A stretch of 64,000 nucleotides of DNA, taken from an uncultured Bdellovibrio sp. (GTDB lineage Bacteria > Bdellovibrionota > Bdellovibrionia > Bdellovibrionales > Bdellovibrionaceae). Each line of letters starts with the position of its first letter. Positions within the stretch are counted from its first letter, which is position 1. The position numbers and the translations under genes are program-made. Where the stretch lies: the NCBI GenBank assembly GCA_963932905.1, contig CAWVRN010000001.1, positions 288,001-352,000 of the forward strand. The letters run 5' to 3'. The notes under the pieces were generated by a model. It saw only the letters and a list, made by a program, of their open reading frames with translations. It searched no databases and was not told where the DNA came from. This document shows positions 61,173 to 64,000 of the stretch, piece after piece.

Positions 61173-61532
61173 ATGAAAATTTTAATTTGTTCTTTATTCT
61201 TAGCTCAAATTTCTTTTGCCCAGATGTCCATCGAAACTGTGAGTGAAGTTGGTGTAACTATTGAGGCAAGTCCAAATTCAACTTTTGTAATTAAAAAGGT
61301 ACAACCGGCTTCTCCAGCCTTCAATGCGGGTTTGAAGGAGAATGACCTGATTACTTCCGTGAAGAGAGATTCAAATTCGGAACCTATTCAGATTGCAGAA
61401 AAATCTTTAGAAGAAGTCGTAAATTTACTTAAGGGTCCAAAAGGATCTTTATTGGCACTTGAACTTCTGAGACATCCAGCTAAGGATTTGAAAAAAGTAA
61501 CTCTTGTTCGAAGTGATACTTTGAAGAAGTAA
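61173..61532 (+). CDS. Secreted single-PDZ protein
   Basis: Signal peptide, VGV, SPAFNAGLKENDLITSV, VNLLKGPKGS. Confidence 0.85.
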   Translation: MKILICSLFLAQISFAQMSIETVSEVGVTIEASPNSTFVIKKVQPASPAFNAGLKENDLITSVKRDSNSEPIQIAEKSLEEVVNLLKGPKGSLLALELLRHPAKDLKKVTLVRSDTLKK

Positions 61533-61699
61533 TAAAATACGCCTTAGAACCACTAGTTTGAATTTCAATTCCTCGAATAAAATGCTCTGCAAATCAGAGT
61601 TTTTTTAATGGTGATTTTAAAAATCTTTCTTGATATTTATGCTCGAACCCATGACCAAAACTCCTCGCATTTCTGACCCTTGTTCAGAAAACCCCAAGC

Positions 61700-61935
61700 C
61701 CTACCAGACGCCTACCAAAATCCTACCAAATTATGAAATATCCAGAAATTTCTAGAAATACTGAACCAAAAACACTGATTGGCTAACGCTTTATTTTGAT
61801 TTGAGATTTTTTATTTTTGAAAAAATGATTGTGATAAATGGCGGAGAGGGAAAATACTATTTCCCAAGTTTTTAACTCGTTGAAAGTCTTCATCATTTCT
61901 TACCCGCATAACTAATCTGTAGTAAGTTGTAGCAA
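61700..61935. repeat. att site 1: CCTACCA x3 - GAAAT x3 - 16-bp tRNA-Ser-end core - IHF-like site - TGTAGYAA x2
   Basis: CCTACCA at 61700/61711/61722; GAAAT at 61735/61745/61755; TAAATGGCGGAGAGGG at 61835-61850; TAACTCGTTGAAA at 61873-61885; TGTAGYAA at 61918/61928. Confidence 0.85.
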
Positions 61936-62116
61936 GAAACTGTTTATTGGTGTGATGGCAAAGTCTGCGCGCCTGTTTCATAGCTATTGCTGAATGTTGT
62001 AAGCGCACTGATAACGACATACTCAGTCGGGTTGTCGTCCCTGGAGTTTGGACAACGCAAGTTGTTGAATACATCGAAAAATTTGAAACTGCGATCTGGT
62101 CAATAAAGCTACGGCG

Positions 62117-62165
62117 TCCCCAGCAAGTCCCACGGTAAATCCCTAGAATGTCCCCTGTGTTTCCC
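62117..62165. repeat. Five helically phased TCCC repeats
   Basis: TCCC at 62117, 62128, 62140, 62151, 62162. Confidence 0.55.
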
Positions 62166-62385
62166 CGCGATTTCTGAGGCTCGGGCGGCACCCTTCCTGA
62201 CCGCTAGGTCACAACTCTGTTTTTCGCCTCATTTAAGGGGACCACCTATTTTCTAAAGGTCACTGTAGGGCTGCGCTCATTGCAAGGGGCGGCGTCTTCA
62301 ACGCTGTATTAAAAGGTTTATGGTTTTCTGAAGGGCTGGATGAAAAATAGCATTTGGTTTTGTCCAGTTTTGGCAGCAGGTTGTT

Positions 62386-62401
62386 TGGCAAAGTGATTGC
62401 A
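62386..62401 (+). promoter_or_regulatory. Sigma54-type promoter
   Basis: TGGCAAAGTGATTGCA, canonical -24/-12 spacing, 13 nt before the ATG. Confidence 0.7.
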
Positions 62402-62414
62402 TTATTAATTAGCG

Positions 62415-63335
62415 ATGATTGTTAAATTGAATAAGCTCTTTATTACTGCTTTTATTTCTTTGTGGTGTTTACCAATTTTTGGTAGTGAAACTCACTTTCC
62501 TCTTACAATGGTAAATGAGCTAAGCGCGGCTAAAAAACAAGGACTACAAAAGCTTCTCAATGTATCATTTGGGGCCGAATTTGATGGGTTCTCTTGCTCA
62601 GGAACATTTATAAATAATCAGGGTATGTTCTTAACCGCGGATCATTGTATTAAGTCCTGTTTTTTGGGTGAAAACGATGATCAATATACAGACTATAGAA
62701 GCTTTAATCGACGTGATCTAGGCCCGGCTCAGTGGTTAAACTTTCGCCGATTTTATCCTAACCGTGTACCAGAAAATATTACCTGTGAAACGGTTATTAA
62801 TGGTGAGACTAAAAAATCGAAACTTGTTGTCGCTAGTAATGGAAGGCTAAACCCTTATTTTCCAAAGCAACTTGAGGCACCTGATCTTATCGAAAAGTAT
62901 AAAGAATTTGTTGAATCAGGTGCAGGATGGCCTACTGGAGATTTCGCAATCTTGGAGCTCACAGATAAACCCAAAACCAATTGCCTGCAGCTGGGAAATC
63001 GCCTTCCAAGCAAAGGCGAAACAATTCAGTCTATTTCATTTCCCTTAATGAACTTGAACGAACGGATTCCATTTTATTCGTCTGGTGTTTTACTTGACGA
63101 GGAGAAGAGCGAACCTAACTCATTTGTTTCAACCGTTGATGCAGAGACAGGATCAAGTGGAGCAAGTCTAATTGGAGAAGATGGGAAAATTTTAGGTGTA
63201 GTAAGTATTGTCGTCGACATTCGCGACCCAGTGGCAAAAATAAAAAAAACTCTCAAAGTCACAAGTGTTCTTGGTATATTGAAATCGATCCGCGAAACAT
63301 TAGGATATGATATCATTTGCAAAACTGAACAATAA
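62415..63335 (+). CDS. Secreted trypsin-like serine protease
   Basis: Signal peptide; CSGTFI, LTADHCI (His), GDFAIL (Asp), TGSSGASL (Ser). Confidence 0.92.
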   Translation: MIVKLNKLFITAFISLWCLPIFGSETHFPLTMVNELSAAKKQGLQKLLNVSFGAEFDGFSCSGTFINNQGMFLTADHCIKSCFLGENDDQYTDYRSFNRRDLGPAQWLNFRRFYPNRVPENITCETVINGETKKSKLVVASNGRLNPYFPKQLEAPDLIEKYKEFVESGAGWPTGDFAILELTDKPKTNCLQLGNRLPSKGETIQSISFPLMNLNERIPFYSSGVLLDEEKSEPNSFVSTVDAETGSSGASLIGEDGKILGVVSIVVDIRDPVAKIKKTLKVTSVLGILKSIRETLGYDIICKTEQ

Positions 63336-63527
63336 CCCTTCTTCTGGGACCAAAAAGCGATCATAGTTTTACAAATCTTTGTGGACATTAAATTTTTTCG
63401 TCCCAGAATCAATTTTCCAAAAATTCTTAAAATTTTAGATGTCCATTAACGGGGACGCTTTTGAAAATCGAACAAGAATAGTTCAAGACGACCGAGTATT
63501 GCTAAAGTTACGCCATAGAAAAATCTG

Positions 63528-63778
63528 TGTAGCAAAAGTTGTAGTAATCTGTAGCAAGATTTTGAAATGAGCAGAAATACCCGGAAATATTCTGAACCCC
63601 GAGTCAAACCGGGGACGTCTTCAAACAAGTATTTTCAAACACTTGAATCATTTAAAAATTTTTGATTTTAATTTCAGGGACTTGATTTTTCGAGACACTA
63701 AATGGCGGAGAGGGCGTTTGTGGTGTAAGCGCTTGATATAATTGATCTCCATTTTTGTACCCTACCAATTCCTACCAA
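63528..63778. repeat. att site 2: TGTAGYAA x3 - GAAAT x3 - 16-bp core - IHF site - CCTACCAA x2
   Basis: TGTAGYAA at 63528/63540/63550; GAAAT at 63564/63574/63584; core at 63699-63714; TAAGCGCTTGATA at 63726-63738; CCTACCAA at 63761/63771. Confidence 0.85.
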
Positions 63779-63909
63779 CCGAAATGGACAAGTCGTTTTT
63801 CAAAATTATAATGTGACCCCCGTAATGGGTACCCAATGGCAGAAATACTTATTTTGAAATACTGTGGTTTTAATATTTATTCTAATAGTTTAGCCTCATT
63901 TGCTTGATG

Positions 63910-63989
63910 GTCGGTAAAGCCAACTTACCGACGAATAACCTACATCAAACCCCTGGATGACCCCTGGCGAATCTACGGGAAATCTGCGG
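63910..63989. repeat. Inverted repeat plus 11-bp-phased repeats at the start of the next element
   Basis: GTCGGTAA-7 nt-TTACCGAC (63910-63932); CCCCTGG at 63950/63961, TCTRCGG at 63972/63983. Confidence 0.55.
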
Positions 63990-64000
63990 TAATGAATAGG

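Larger units (their letters stand above)
61835..63714. mobile_element. Integrase-less 1864-bp integrative cassette bounded by direct 16-bp att cores
   Basis: Identical cores 1864 bp apart; TGTAGYAA arms inside both ends; single cargo gene. Confidence 0.75.

Noticed and set aside
61811..62191. 126-aa minus-strand ORF, and similarly 63446..63628
   Set aside because: They run through att cores or arms, with no RBS or recognisable motifs.

Overview
Bacterial chromosome segment, most likely a Bdellovibrionota (Bdellovibrionales-like) predator. This is inferred from a short 277-aa flagellin, an FQNC-type lipoprotein, a TIGR02147 regulator and many orphan secreted proteins. 1-27.8 kb is mostly core genes: ggt (partial), tRNA-Asn(GTT), phoD, a wHTH-aldolase-mtnA-mtnP-desaturase cluster (DHAP-shunt type), ftsEX-envC-ctpA-msrB-trmK, fliC, tig, a split ArsA/Get3 pair and an ATP-grasp gshA. 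28-38 kb is a cluster of exported hydrolases. Three of them carry His-before-Cys (permuted papain-like) catalytic motifs and share a C-terminal C-L-x-[FV]-Y motif; one is a signal-peptide-bearing UgtP/MGDG-synthase glycosyltransferase fused to such a domain. 38-48.9 kb holds a POT transporter, kefF/kefC-type genes and small accessory genes. 48.9-64 kb is an AT-rich, low-coding-density accessory region with decayed mobile elements (HepT-like pseudogene, Y1-transposase-like remnant, IS91/ISCR remnant with oriIS). It ends in two lambda-like att sites whose 16-bp core equals a tRNA-Ser 3' end. Their arm repeats come in two swapped types (CCTACCA and TGTAGYAA) and delimit a 1864-bp integrase-less cassette carrying only a sigma54-preceded secreted trypsin-like protease. 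All family calls come from reading motifs by eye; no searches were run.
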